Source of the DNA: Azolla caroliniana
Lineage: Eukaryota > Plantae > Polypodiophyta
NCBI GenBank assembly: GCA_043228905.1
Contig: JBHGNT010000006.1
Coordinates: 9,796,001-9,860,000 of the forward strand
Reading direction: 5' to 3'
DNA length: 64,000 bases
A program made the translations under genes and the position numbers. The notes under the pieces were generated by a model. The model had not been told where the DNA came from and searched no databases. It saw only the letters and a list, made by a program, of their open reading frames with translations. Below, piece after piece: positions 23,886-37,165 of the stretch (the stretch's first letter is position 1; each line of letters begins with the position of its first letter).

Positions 23886-24240
23886 AAGGGCATTGACTAT
23901 TAAAATAAACGGGTTTGTGCTTAATGCCATTAACTATGAAAATAAATATAAGATATAGTGCAATTAACTATGTATAAAGGGGTATTGTGTTTAAATCTCT
24001 ATAGTGCATATAAAGGAATTATTACTTTTTCATTTTCGATGTAAGAGGGGTAGGTATGCATTAAATGCAAAATGAAGTGCCAGTGAGTCCATCATTTTTG
24101 TATTTTGGGAGCTCTACCTTAGGAGTTTGAGGGGTTAAGGTATACTTTTGTTATTGTTTTCACTTCTTCTTCTCTACCTCCTCTTCTACTTCTACTTCGA
24201 GGGTTTTCCAATCTTCATCACCATCGAGCTCACCACATGT

Positions 24241-24654
24241 TGACGACTTCGAGGAAGGTTCCAACTAGCTCACACATAAGTCATTCTTGTGTGTGAGTTA
24301 GTCAAGCGCATTAGTGCTAATCTTGTATGATTGATGTTAATTATATGTTAACTACCTTGAGAGAGTGTGTGAGTGAGGAGGGTTAAAAGATTGTCAATTG
24401 ACGAGCCTTCGCCTCCTTCCTTCATTCACCTCTTTCTTCATTGGCCTCCTTCATTCGTTCTCCTCCTTCCTTCATTTGCCTTCATTCGTTCACCTCCTTC
24501 CTTGTTCACCTCTTTCTTCATTCGCCTCCTTCATTCTCCTTCATTTCTCCTCCTTCCTTCATTTGTTTCCAACGTTCACCTCCTTTGTTCGTCTCGTTAG
24601 ACTAGTTGCCACATAACCTTTGTTTGAAATACGATTCACGATGCCCTTTTGACA
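24241..24654. mobile_element. Possible old solo LTR with pyrimidine-rich internal repeats
   Basis: TG...GACA with flanks CATGT/CATCT (1 mismatch); CCTCCTTCCTTCATTC repeats at 24405-24590. Confidence 0.3.
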
Positions 24655-25649
24655 CATCTTCATGTGCTCACTAGTTCAAGACCCCACAGCTCCCATTCGA
24701 GTAGCACATGCATGTGTGTTTACGTGACACCATGTTTCATGTGTCACCTTTGGACCTTATGTTCAAGCTCTATTCCAAGTTATGATGTTCCTCTTTGCTC
24801 ATTGATGGTGCATAATACAAGGTGAAATTCATTTTGAACTCTAATATTATACTCAATATATGATATTACTTGGTTAATTGGTTAAGTTATGCACCTTATG
24901 ATTGAACTTGGGAGCCTATGGAAAACCTCATCAACGCCACAAAGGTTGTTACCGTTGAATTTCATCATTGGTATCTTAATAAGACAAGTTCTAGTTTATG
25001 CATTGGGACTCATAGAACTCATTGTCATATGAAGGAGGTAGTGTCATTAACATAGATACATAATACCATAGTCCTCATGTGATCACAAAAAAGTCATGAA
25101 AATACTTGAACTTACAATCTCCATTATATACATCTAACCAATAGACTATTAATTTACATACAATATTAAATTTTATACATACTCTTGGTTATAGATGTCG
25201 CCACCTCATGCAAGCTAATGCATGATCGCCCATGCTTGCCTGAATGGCAAGTGATGATGAAGCATAAATGCAAGATGGCAACCATGCATGTTCCCAATGA
25301 TGCTATATAAGTAAATGCATTAGTTATTGTTGAACCATTATGGGTCAACGTTTAGCACGATTATGCTTTCAAATATCGTCTCATGGAATGCACTAAAAAG
25401 AGGTTATAGAGACTATGGATATGCCGAGGAGGGGTTGTATTAGTTTTCAATAGATGCGACACAATATATGTATATAGTTTCCTTAATACCAATGGAGGAT
25501 ATGTTTTATGAAAAAAAAACCATTATGGTTCAATGTTAGTCTTGGGCACATTATAATCTTATATCTTTGTTTTTTCCTTATTCTTTTCTTTCATTCTATC
25601 TTGTTCTCCGCTACGTCCCTAATACTGATTTACCTAGATTTCCCCCTTT

Positions 25650-26482
25650 GGACACATTTGTAACCTTATTTTTCCATGTTTCTTCATATGCTTTATGACA
25701 AGCATTTTGTTGCAAAATAATACACTCACAAAGCATTGCGTACCTTTGAGATACACCAACCTATTTTTTGAGTATGATCATCCTCTTTGTGTCTCAAGCA
25801 TTGTGCAAGGAATAAACCTTTCTCCTAAATGAACAACACCTTGTTTTCCAACTTAGCGTGTCTTATTCATGCTCATATTTAACATGTCACAATGGATATT
25901 AAAGAATTCTTTGATGAGGGATGTGGATGTTTCTATACTCTTCCCTTCAATCCCACAAATGACAATGTTCTTTGATTGTTGTTCAATTCTTGGACACCCA
26001 TATTTTCTACATTATTTTCTCGATTCATCACATGCATTAAACGAGAGTTAGAGTTCACATTCGTTCAATTCTTGGACACCCATATTTTCTACATTATTTT
26101 CTCGATTCATCACATGCATTAAACGAGTGTTAGAGTCACTGTCACTACCACATCCATCAACCTATGACTTTGTTGCGCATACTTCATCAATGCTTCCTTT
26201 AGTTCAAAACCTGTTGAAACACTCATTTGTTTCTAAACAAGCTATTGTACACTCTAACTTCATCATTGAATTTAGCAACTATTTACTTAAGGCTCTCATT
26301 CACAACAACGATAATTCGTGCCCTAAAATCTTCACCTTTCCTTGTTTATCGCTGATTGTATTGAAACTAAATGACGCATAAACACGATCTCCGTCCTGAC
26401 AGAATTTGTTGAAACGAGATCAAGAACTGTTTGGTGTTTTCGATCTGCATACTTTCGGACTCCGTGTGCGAGTATTTGCCAT
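25650..26482 (-). pseudogene. Possible degenerate LINE ORF1 remnant, divergent from the TOR1-like gene
   Basis: Broken minus-strand frame from MANTRTRS, through a coiled-coil-like part, to EQQSKNIVICGIEGKSIETSTSLIKEFF, resembling the RRM start of LINE ORF1 proteins. Contains an 81-bp-period local duplication (25981-26127). Confidence 0.3.
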
Positions 26483-26654
26483 TGTATCAGGCAGACCATA
26501 CAAGGACAATTTTGAGATTTGTACAAGTTTAGTTGGTTGGTCGCAAAATGTATATTGCGTGCGAGAGATCATATCGTGGGCCTTGTAGTGGGCTTTCAGA
26601 GTCAAGCCATAGCTGAGTGTCTTATATGGATGGGGTCATGGCTAAATTAGTAAT

Positions 26655-26749
26655 GAGAGAGAGAGAGAGAGAGAGCAGAACAGAAGAAAAGAGTTGGAAG
26701 GAAGGAGACAAGTGGGCGTTGGCTTTTGATTTTTGACCTCTACAAAATT

Positions 26750-26793
<44 letters not shown>
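26655..26793. repeat. (GA)n and (CT)n microsatellites in the promoter/5' UTR region of the TOR1-like gene
   Basis: (GA)~10 at 26655-26675 and (CT)~19 at 26755-26794, just upstream of ATG 26879. Confidence 0.85.
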
Positions 26794-26797
<4 letters not shown>

Positions 26798-26878
26798 CTT
26801 TCTTCGTTCTTCTTCTTCATCCTCTCGCTTGTTGTTTTTCAAACTTCTCCTTTCTCCTTCTGTCCCTCTGGTCTGGCT

Positions 26879-29800
26879 ATGGCGTTCCCTCATCAGAAGC
26901 TCTCACCATCTCCATCTCCATCTCTCCTAAAACCCCTCATCTCCCCATCGGATCCTTCTCCCCCTGTCCCTGCTCCATCTCGCCCCCTCAAGCTCCCTCG
27001 CCCTAACCCTAATTCTCAACACTCCCTGATACAACTCAAGCAGAGGATCCTCACAGCTATGGCCAAGCTTGAAGACAGAGATACACACCAGATCGCATCA
27101 GAAGAGCTCGAGAAGATAGTAGAGACCATCCCTCCTTCTTCTGACTGTGTTTCTGTCTGTCTTTCTTGCTTCTACGACTCAGACATTCATCAGAAAAGTG
27201 TGGTGAAGAAGGAATGCGTGAAGCTTTTTGCTTCTCTAGCATCGTTACATTCGGACTTGGTTACTCCTCATGTGGGCAAAATCATAGCTAGTATCATGAG
27301 GAGGCTCAGAGATCCAGATAGCAGTGTGAGAGATGCTTGCGTTGAGACCATGTCTACGCTGTCTTCACATCTTCTCCCTTCTTCTTCCTCTTCTTCTTTA
27401 CAAGAGAAAGAAAATGGCTCAGAAAATGGGTCACATTTGGTCCATAAGGATAATGGATCATCAAATCTGATTAAAAAAGACAATGTCTCAAACGGGTCAT
27501 CAAAATTGGTTAAAAAAGAAAATAGTTCAAATGGGTCATCCCAATTGACTCAGAAGGAAAATGGCTCATCACATTTGGTTCCTATAATAACTATATCTAC
27601 GTTCTCCAAACCTCTTTTTGATGCATTAAGTGAGCAGAATAAAGGTGTTCAAACAGGTGCTGCAATGTGTCTCGCTGGTGTTATCGAGAGTGCAAAAAAC
27701 CCACCTTTCTCTGCCATGGCTCGGCTCTGTCCTCGTGTAGGGAAGCTTCTAAGTAACCCTAATTTCTTGGCTAGACCAGCTATTCTTGGTGTAATTGGAA
27801 GCTTATCTCAGGTAATTGTCAATTGTCAATCCTCAGTCATCAATTGTCAATCATCAATCCTGAATCTTTGTATCCTCAATACTCAATTCTCAATGATCAA
27901 TAATTGATGATCAATGATCAATGGTCAATCATCATGGAGAGCGAGACAAGATATGTACAACCCCACATAGGTGATAGTTATTGCATGAAAGAAATTCAAT
28001 GGCATGGGTGAGATACATACAGTTCTATGTGGAACACATATTTGCCAATTATTGCATAAAAACAATTCTAAGGAATTTAGAATTTTGGATACATGCATAC
28101 ACATGTGTATAGAATTCTCTATATGTAGTCCACCTCATTATAAAACATGATGCATCAAGGACCTATGTTTTTGATATGCATGTTTCCGTTACCACCACAT
28201 TATTTGTTGTGCTGCCCAATTGTATCTGTGATTTGTCACTCAAATTTGCTTCTGTCTTTTGCTTAGAAGAGAGAGCATAATCATTGTTAATGGTAAAATT
28301 ACTTTTGTGGTCTTTTATCTATGGGATTGTACCTGTTTCGAAATTATAAATGTAGATGTATATATGTAGTGTACATGTTCTTGCACATAAATTTTAAGGC
28401 TAATTTGAAGAGCATATTGCTATTCATAGCTTAAGGATGACATGAAGAAAGGTGTAACTATTTTTTCTGCATTATCTTTGTCAATTTTTAGGTTGGAGCT
28501 CTTGGACAACAACAATTAGCCATCTTGATGCCCTGTCTTTATGAGGCCTTGGAAAACAGTGATTGGGCAACGCGGAAAGCTTCAGCGGAAACTCTTAGCC
28601 GTATCGGCTCCAACCTTGGATCCGCATTAGCATTTTACAAATCAAAAACTCTTTCTGCATTGGAATCATGTCGGTTTGATAAGGTCAGCTAGTTACTGCT
28701 GAAATGCCTTGAACTCTTTGCAAAATCTTTCTATTAAGACAATGATGTTCAATTACCTTTGTTACCAAAATGATGAAATTTAGGGTTTTTGGTCTTACAA
28801 CAAGAAAAATATCATATACTTGAAAGACAAAAAAATTCAACAGATTGCTAGAATTCTTCTTCAGCTTGGGCCGTGATTGTTTTCTAATGCTTTGCAGGTC
28901 AAGCCAGTAAGGGATAGTGTGCATGATGCCATTCAATTGTGGAAGACTTTGCCTGGGAGTGGGCCAGATTCCCCTCATTCAGCAGATAATTCTGGTACTA
29001 CTTTGGACTTGCAGTAAATAGGGAATAGCCATCTTTGGAAAAAATTACCAAAACTACTCTGAACTTTTGGTATATGCAATAATGATACCCCTTGGTTTTG
29101 AAATTTTAGTAGGCTATCTCTCTGTAGTACAATGTATTCTGTTAAATTTCTTTAACTGGAGTTGTATTCTGATAGATATTCCAAATACTTGGGATTGTTT
29201 TTAAGTGATAATGGGAATGTATACTCTTGTTACAGATGGTCCTGAATTGGCTCTTGCAATGCAAAAACTTGAGTTGCATACTCCAGTTTCCAGAGGAGGG
29301 ATGAACAAGAATGAAGAACAAGTCTCATCTCTCGACAAACCCTTAGAAGCTGTGAAGAAAAGAGCACCTTCTCTTATTGACAAAAAGTTGAATCCAGAAT
29401 TCTTCCAGAAGCTTGCCACAGAGATTGAAGTTGCAGTGCCGCATAATTCTCCACCATCAATATCACAAGAATCAGAAAACAATCCATTTGAGCAAGGCAA
29501 AGAGATTAAAAGTGGTGGACAGAATGGTGAAAACCTGAATAATGACTCTTGTTCAATATTATCCATGAGTGAGAAAGCAAATGAAGAATCAAATTGGCAA
29601 TTCATCCACAATAGGCTTGTCCAAATAGAGCAACAACAATCAACTCTCATGCAAATGATTCAGGTATTTGAACAATGATGAATTATGTGTAGAATGAATG
29701 CTCTTGGCCACGTTTGGATGTTTTAACATTACAGTATATTGTATTTTTATGGAATTTTGTTTTATTTGTTCAGTCTTCTGGATCTTCTTGTTGATAACTT

Positions 29801-31169
29801 TGTACTTGCAAGTAGGAGCTGATATGTGACATTGCCTATATATATATATCCTTCAATATGTTGTCAAAACACTTTTAATGTTTCCTCTTTGCAGCATATC
29901 ATGGTGAGTTCGGAGCAAAATAACCTCGTGCTTCAGGAGAGGATTCGTGAATTGGAGAATGAGTTAGGAGTTTCTTCTGGCAATAAATTTAATATTGGTG
30001 TCAAAGAACATTATGGTAACAATGATGGTGTTAGATCTACCAAGAACTCCGATAGCGGTCGCCTCTTTTCGGACAGAATCTCCACACCTCAGGTTGTGAA
30101 GAAAGCTTACATGCACTTCGAAGATTCAATACATGAGGATGTAGATGAGACGATGCATTGGGGTCCCCTAGGAAAGATAGGGGGAGCTTATATGTTGAAT
30201 GGCTATGCCACATCTACTAGCCATCTGTCAAATATTGATATGGAAGGTAGTGGAAATGAACATATCGGGAAAAGACGAGTTTGGGATCGAATTCCTAGAC
30301 CCGTTAAGCTCGGAGAGGGTCCTTCTGCAAGAAGTGTATGGAAAGCATCGAAAGATGAAACTACACTGGCCGCAATACGAGGGATCAGGGACAATGTTGA
30401 GCTCTCAAATTTAGATGATGTTGCAGCCTCCTCGAGGATGGGGTCAGGCATTGAAGGGAAAGTATACAGGAATACTACGATGAGTATGAACGGGCAAAGG
30501 AAGGGCCAATATAGTAACATGGAGAGTTCTGTTATGGATCTTGTTCATGTAGGAGACATGGAAGGTGCTTATAGGCAAGTGCTCAGTACCGAAGATGAGT
30601 TCGCACTCGTACGGCTCATGTCACGGACAGGTCCGGTTCTGGATAAGTTTACATATGTGACTGCGGCACACGTGTTGAGTGTGGCTGGACAGTTCTTGCA
30701 GCAGCATAGCTATGGCGAAGTTTGCCTCTCTTGGATTCAGCAGGTCACCATTTCTCATCCTTTGCTAATTACGAGCAGCAATGAATTTAAAAAAGAAAAG
30801 AAAAGAATATATTTCAGACTAAAGGATAACTAGCATGAATATGTTAGTTTTTGCTTATAAGCATTTATGGCTAATGTTTTGATTAATTTGTAATAGGCTT
30901 TAACAAATTTGTAATCATGAATGCTACTAATAAGTGTAGGTAGTTTGTAATAATGATGTTTATGTTTCTGTTGAATGTCGTGCTGGCAGGTTGCAGACAT
31001 GGTTGCAAACAATGGTGCAGATTGCCTAGGATTATCTTTGGCGACGAAGAGGGGGATTCTTCAAGGGTTACAAGAATCGACATCTATGGATTTGCCGAAG
31101 GGTTGGGGAGGCAACACCCCCAAAGAAATTCTACAAAAGTTGGCTCATGCTTGGTCCATGGATGCATAA
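26879..31169 (+). CDS. TOR1: TORTIFOLIA1/SPIRAL2-family microtubule-associated HEAT-repeat protein, ~892 aa, 6 coding exons
   Basis: Exons 26879-27811, 28492-28683, 28898-28994, 29236-29663, 29895-30743 and 30990-31169, all GT-AG and phase-compatible (2679 nt). Family motifs: LKQRILTAMAKLEDRDTHQIASEELE, RRLRDPDSSVRDAC, EQNKGVQTGAAMCL, SDWATRKASAETL, CRFDK|VKPVRDS, coiled coil LVQIEQQQSTLMQMIQ, GEGPSARSVWKASKDETTLAAIR, LVRLMSRTGPVLD. Confidence 0.9.
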
Positions 31170-31409
31170 TAGTTCCATCTTTCGTTTCACATGCCTGCCT
31201 ACTCCCCCCCTCCCCCTCGAAAATCACCCAAAAAAAGAAAATGTAACTTTTCCTTTGTACTTAGACTCACTCTCATTACCATAGCACATTTTTGGTCCCA
31301 ATTCGTGCATATCCTGCGTGACTAAATGTGTGGGATGCCCTTGTTGATTTGAAAAGACAAGATTTGCATCCTTATCCCATGTAACTCCACCGGTATTTAT
31401 TCATGGTTT

Positions 31410-31805
31410 CAATGAAGTATACCTTTTGGTGATGATGCTTGTATGCAGTGAGACAAAAGTACTCTATATAGATATATACCTTTTGCATCCTGCTTAACAT
31501 TGACTACACGATGTTATCTATAGATCCAGTAAGTAAATTTCAACATGTGTTTTCAGTGTCATCAATAGGTCCCAATGAAGCATACCTTTTGGTGATGATG
31601 TTTGTATGCAGTGAGACAAAAGTACTCTATATAGATATATACCTTTTGCATCCTGCGTAACATTGACTACACAATGTTATCTATAGATCCAGTAAGTAAA
31701 TTTCAACATGTGTTTTTGGTGTCATCTATAGGTCCCATAAGTAAATTGTAAACATGTGTTTTCGGTTTCATCTATAGGTTCAGCAAGTAAATCCAAACAT
31801 GTGCT
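31410..31805. repeat. ~163-bp tandem duplication plus ~40-bp subrepeats downstream of the TOR1-like stop codon
   Basis: CAATGAAG(T/C)ATACCTTTTGGTGATGATG.. at 31410 and 31573; TCTATAG..AGTAAAT..AACATGTG repeated about 4 times. Confidence 0.8.
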
Positions 31806-32649
31806 TCAGCGACCTGAAGGAAAGACAAAATGGTTGTTAGATCAGTTAGTAAGATTGTTCTGGTGAAGACTTAGAACGTCCTTGTGCGTTGAAACCCTAC
31901 ATTCCTCATGATTGTGTCATATGGGATTTGAACCCAAGTGTATGGGTTAGAGTAAAATATGACTTTCTGCTAGGTTGTATATATATAGTTTTGATAGTGG
32001 AAAAGAGAGAATTGAAGTTGTGCTTGGCATTGTCTTAGATATTGGGTGTTGTACAGTAGAGTTGGCTTTATTCATGCTGTTTTACTTTACTTGCAAAATA
32101 CCAGATGGATGTATGCATTCTTGTGGTTCATGATATTGAACTTATTACTTTTTTGGTTTTTGATCATTTTGCCATATATGCTGTAAAACTGTTGTACATA
32201 TAGTAGCTTTGTGATTGCTTTTTTCTTTATGGTATCATCTTGATCAATTAAGTTGGATGGGATCGATTGAAAAGCAAGAAAGAAGCACCATGATCATCAG
32301 CATGATGCTTCGAAGGCCCCATCAACAAACATGTTGCATGATGCATTATTTGTTTAAAAAGTTGGTTGTAAAAGAAAAAACAAGACATTACGTGCACGTT
32401 ACTCTTTGATCACGAACAAACCTCTCTTATTTGGATTAATTATGAATTGATAGGATTACGTAGATTAGATAGTATTGCAATAAACTCTTTGCTTTTTTGA
32501 AGAAAGTAAAGTCAAAACAAGAAAGAAAGCAGAATATAGTTGTAACCAAACCTCTTTTTGGTAAAGGGAAATTACTTCAACAACCCAAAATCTCAGCTAA
32601 AGAAAATTTCTTCACTAGTTTGAAAACTAAAAGTGCAAATTCGATCACT

Positions 32650-33330
32650 CTAGTCATAAAGGTCAATGACAACCTACTCCAACGCTTTAAAAGAATGCTT
32701 CTTTTGCACATGCTTCCAATTCAATGGAAACCTTAGGCATATTAATTTGAAGCACTCACACTTGCAGGGCACATGGGTCTTAGGAGTTAATTTCTTCAAA
32801 CCTTTGGGATGTATCCTAGGCCCTTGTTACATTATATAAAAGGTGAGGAAAGAGCCAAGGGGACAATGATTTCCATTGATGGATGCACAACAACAAATTG
32901 TTGTATGCATAGTGTGCACACGCCATATGCTTGAACTTTTACGTCATAAAACACAGAAACATTCTCTCATAATTCTCTTACACCCCCCAAAAACAATCCA
33001 ATCTATATGGCCATTAACACTGTCATTATAGATTATTTTACATTCCTGAAAACTCTCTTTGTTTGATAACCATATCCAACCTTTAATATAAATTCTTCTT
33101 TTATGTACCATAACAATAAGTCTTCAAGATTGCATGACCCCGTTCAACAAACTATCAACTTTTCCTAGAATCCTTTTAAACAACATTGTGTCTTGTTATG
33201 AAATTTTGTACATTTTAACGCAATGCACAAATCCGGAGGCAACATGCAAAAAAGAGTTTATATTGAGTTAGATCACAATCTTCTAATACACTATCACCCC
33301 TTCTCTAGGGCTAAAATAAAATTAGGTACG
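32650..33330 (-). pseudogene. Very degenerate Gypsy integrase remnant
   Basis: Weak minus-strand matches to the ..AYN.. and KKL.P..GP-type integrase C-terminal motifs; many stops. Confidence 0.3.
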
Positions 33331-36234
33331 TTAATTATATTAGGTACGCCCATAGAGACTACACGCACAACTATCTTCACACCAACTACCATACATTAAT
33401 GAAGCTAGATTCCTTAGAAGATTGGTTCCCAATGATCAACCTCTACTAGACAACGTCTTAGGGCCAACCAAAAGTTGATCTTTTAACTCTCTCATTAATG
33501 ATGATACACAAGCAAGACTAAAGTACAACCATGAGAATTTCATAATACATCATGACCCTCAATTGATGACCACAATGGATTGCTCTTTCGACAATGGGAA
33601 AACAAAGTCACTGAATCTTGTTCTAAGTTAGAAACTCCACCTCCAACACTCCCAACCAAAGCTGTACACACTCCTCCATGCAACGTGCTCGAACTCATAC
33701 CCTAACTAGCTCTCAAAACTTGCTAATAACTAGAGATTTTGAAGATGTAATCACAACTATAGAAAAGGGCTTTAGTGACACAAAAGTCGTGTCACTATGG
33801 ACATCACTAATTATGTCTCTTATGTACTGTTGTTGTGTGATGCCTGTTGAGAATCGAACTCAACTTCCCATAGAGATAGTGTTCACACTAGCCAATGGAC
33901 ATCTTACTAGGCTAGTTTTGTAATTAGTACAAAGGGCACTTGCCCTAGACTAGTTGGTATTTAAACCAACTCATTGTAACTTAGTCAATGTTGGATGTTA
34001 TCATATTTTCTGTTAATACAACTTCTTGTTCTAATCTCTCTCTCTCTTTGCTTTGTAGACTTCAAGAAAGCTTTTGATATGGTACCTCGTGAGCATCTTT
34101 GGAGGCGGATGGCAATTCCCCGAATTTATGAGAAGGTTATATGTTGTGTGCGCATGAGAGATAAACTTTCATATTTTTTCAAAAGCACTATTGGTGTTAA
34201 GCAAGGATGCCCACTCTCACCAACACTATTTGTTCTATGCATTGATGAATTGGAAGAAATGGTTACCAAGTTTGCAAAGGAAGAATGTGTTGAAGAAGTT
34301 GACATTGGGAAAGTTGTGATTATGCTTTTGCTATATGCAGATGATGTAGTACTTTTTGCAAATACTTTAGGAGATGCACAAAAGCTTATGAAGGCATTGG
34401 AAATTTTTTGCATGCATACTAAATTAAGTGTCAATAGTTGTAAAACAAAGATTATGCTTGTGACGAGCCAAAAAAGAGATAAACCATGCATTATGTACAA
34501 CAATGAGCCACTTGAATGTGTGGAAAGCTTCAATATCTTGGCCTTGAAGTTCCTTCAAATCATAGATGGAATGAATGTGCTGCACGCCGCTTAGAGGCTG
34601 GTAAGCGAGCATACTAAGCATTTGAGAACACATACAATCTTGGAGATATTAAGTGTTGGGTCCTCAAGAAATATCTTTTCGACACTTTGTTGACACCGGT
34701 TCTTCTCTATGGGGCAGTAGCATCCCTAAATCTATGTGGAAAGAGTTTGAAAATGTCCAAAAACATTTTCTTACAAAGTTTCTACAAGTTAAGAAACAAA
34801 TGCCCTACACCCTCCTCCTTGAGACGGGATCGCTTCCCATTGAGATCATGTCCATGGAAAGGGTTGTTGAATACATGCTTAAGGTTCAAAAAAGTCCCTC
34901 ATATCGACTTCCTAGAATTGCATGGGAAGCAACCAAAAAGATCCAAAAGACGCATAAAAGCTAAATTTTGTGTTCCGGTTGGATGCAAGATATAGAAAAA
35001 TGGTTTGGTAGATGGGATGCGAGACACTTCCTTCATGATGCATCATTAGATTCCTCTGTAAATGAGGCCTTTTTGCAATGCCAATGTATCATGACATGGG
35101 ACAAATGTGGAGGCTCACGCTTCACACATTATACTACACATGTTGCACCTAACTACACAACTGTAAAAAGAAATGTGCGGAAGCAAGTATGAAGACCGAA
35201 CAGAAGAGAGGAAACTCAGGTTTAATGGAGAGCTTGAGCTTACATGGTATACACAGGAGAGACAGAGAGAGAAACACAAAAAACTATATTCAACAATAAT
35301 ACTCAGTCTGTACATAAGACGTGCTCAGTGAGCGCTTTTATACAAGTCTTGGAAGGACTGACCGAAGTACTGACAATACTTCAATGCTCATTACGAGCTC
35401 CTACACTAACTCCCAAATATATATTCCTCACGGAATATCTTTTATAACGACCTCCCGGTCTACGCACTCGGCCTAATCGATCGGTCCCACCCGATCCGGT
35501 CCTCGACTTCTTCAGCCGATCCGGCCGATGTTGAGCTTGTCTCTCAACACTCCCCCTCAAGCTCAACTTGAGGCTCTTCGGTGTTAACTCTTCGGGCCGG
35601 ACAATGGCCTAACACAGGGTGTCTACGGGAGACACTTCACCAAAGGGTGTTACGGCAACCGGATTAGACTTCAACGCTTAATCCTACTTGGTTAAGTTAC
35701 TTATTATGATCGTCTTTCATAACACACGCGTAAGATATAACAATTAAGACAGAACGACAATTAACACAAAGAGATAACAACGCTTAAGCTTTCATTAATT
35801 AACCACTAACTATTACATTGTATCCGGGCCTTTAAATAGGTTTCCGGTCTGTATTACAAAACGGTGCCATCCGCACCTGTTCGGGATCGGTCCGGATCCG
35901 GAACGGCATACCGTTTCCGGTCCGTCCGTCCACACTCATAGCTTAATTACAACCACATTCCTATTACTTAATTAACTCTCCGTTTCCCACTCTGGACTCC
36001 TTTGTCGACTGGTAACACATGGCACGCTCGTGGGACAATACCTTGTACGTCGAATCCACAACCGACCCTTGCTATTCTTCGTCCAAAATGTCCAGAATGC
36101 TTTGTTCGAGAGGCTCCAATGGTTCATCTGGAAGTGGTTGTTGTTGTTGTTGTTGCTCTGTTGATGGCTGCTGCGGCGGGTCCGTTGGTGGTTGCTGCGG
36201 CTGCTCCTCCGTTTGTGGCTCTGACACCGGCGTC

Positions 36235-37165
36235 TCCGTCGTTGCTCCAATTCTAAATGTAGGATGCTGGCCAGTCGATGTTCCTCGAGCTCACACAACG
36301 CTGTCAACCTTATTGCCTCCGACTCCTTCTCGTTCAGCCGTTCCCGTAGCTGGATCCGTAAGTTAGGTACTTGGAATTCTACCGGCATGACCGCCTCTAG
36401 TCCGAACGCTAACCGGAACGGTGTTGTTCGGATGCTCGTTTTGTATGCCATCCGGTATGCCCAAAGCGCGCTATGTAGCTTTGTGTCCCAATCCGTCCGG
36501 TTTTCGTTGACGATCTTCCGGAGGATATTCTGGAGCGTCTTGTTTGTTGATTCCGCTAAACCGTTCGCCTGTGGATAGTAAGGTGTGCTCCGTTTGTGGA
36601 CAATGGCATAGAATGTGGTCAGGCTTTCCACTACTTGGCCGAGAAAGTGCCCCCCTTGGTCACTTATTAATTCAATTGGGCATCCGTAACGGCACCAGAT
36701 GTACTCATATAGAAACTTCGCCGTTGACGCAACGATGTTATCCCGTAAAGCTTTGGCCTCCACCCATTTCGTGCAGTAATCCGTAGCAACGATAACGTAC
36801 CGATTACCCGTTCTCATTGCCGGTGGCTTGAACGGTCCTACAAAGTCCAGCCCCCACATTTGGAATGGCTCGAATGGTAGTACCGGCTGGTGTGGCATAC
36901 GAGCCCGCTCCGTTGGCTGGCCCATTCTCTGGCATAGGTCACATTCTTTTGCGTATCGTACCGCATCTCTTAATGTCGTTGGCCACCATAGGCCACTTTG
37001 CCATATTTTTCTGGCCGTCGCATCTCCGGCATAGTGACCGCCGGCAACTCCGCAGTGGGCTTCCCTCAGTATCAGTTCCTTTTCATCGCTGCACACCACC
37101 CGTCTCCATATGCCGTCCGCGCCCTTGTGGTACAGTGTGTCTTGTAGTAACAGAAATGTCGGCTT
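36235..37165 (-). pseudogene. Gypsy integrase (C-terminally truncated)
   Basis: HHCC (AHCGVAGGH..CDLCQ), WGLDFVGP, ISDQGGHF, YYPQANGLAESTNK. Homology stops at LELEQRRR. Confidence 0.88.

Noticed and set aside
26726-26878. N-terminal extension of the 393-aa ORF (MIFDL..SLSLSL)
   Set aside because: Starts at a non-ATG codon and runs through the (CT)n tract; ATG 26879 is the plausible start. The ORF's last ~30 aa are intron 1 read-through.
27812-27935. Short TCAATTG/TCAATGA repeats at the start of intron 1
   Set aside because: Simple degenerate ~7-bp microrepeat; no evidence of function from the sequence.
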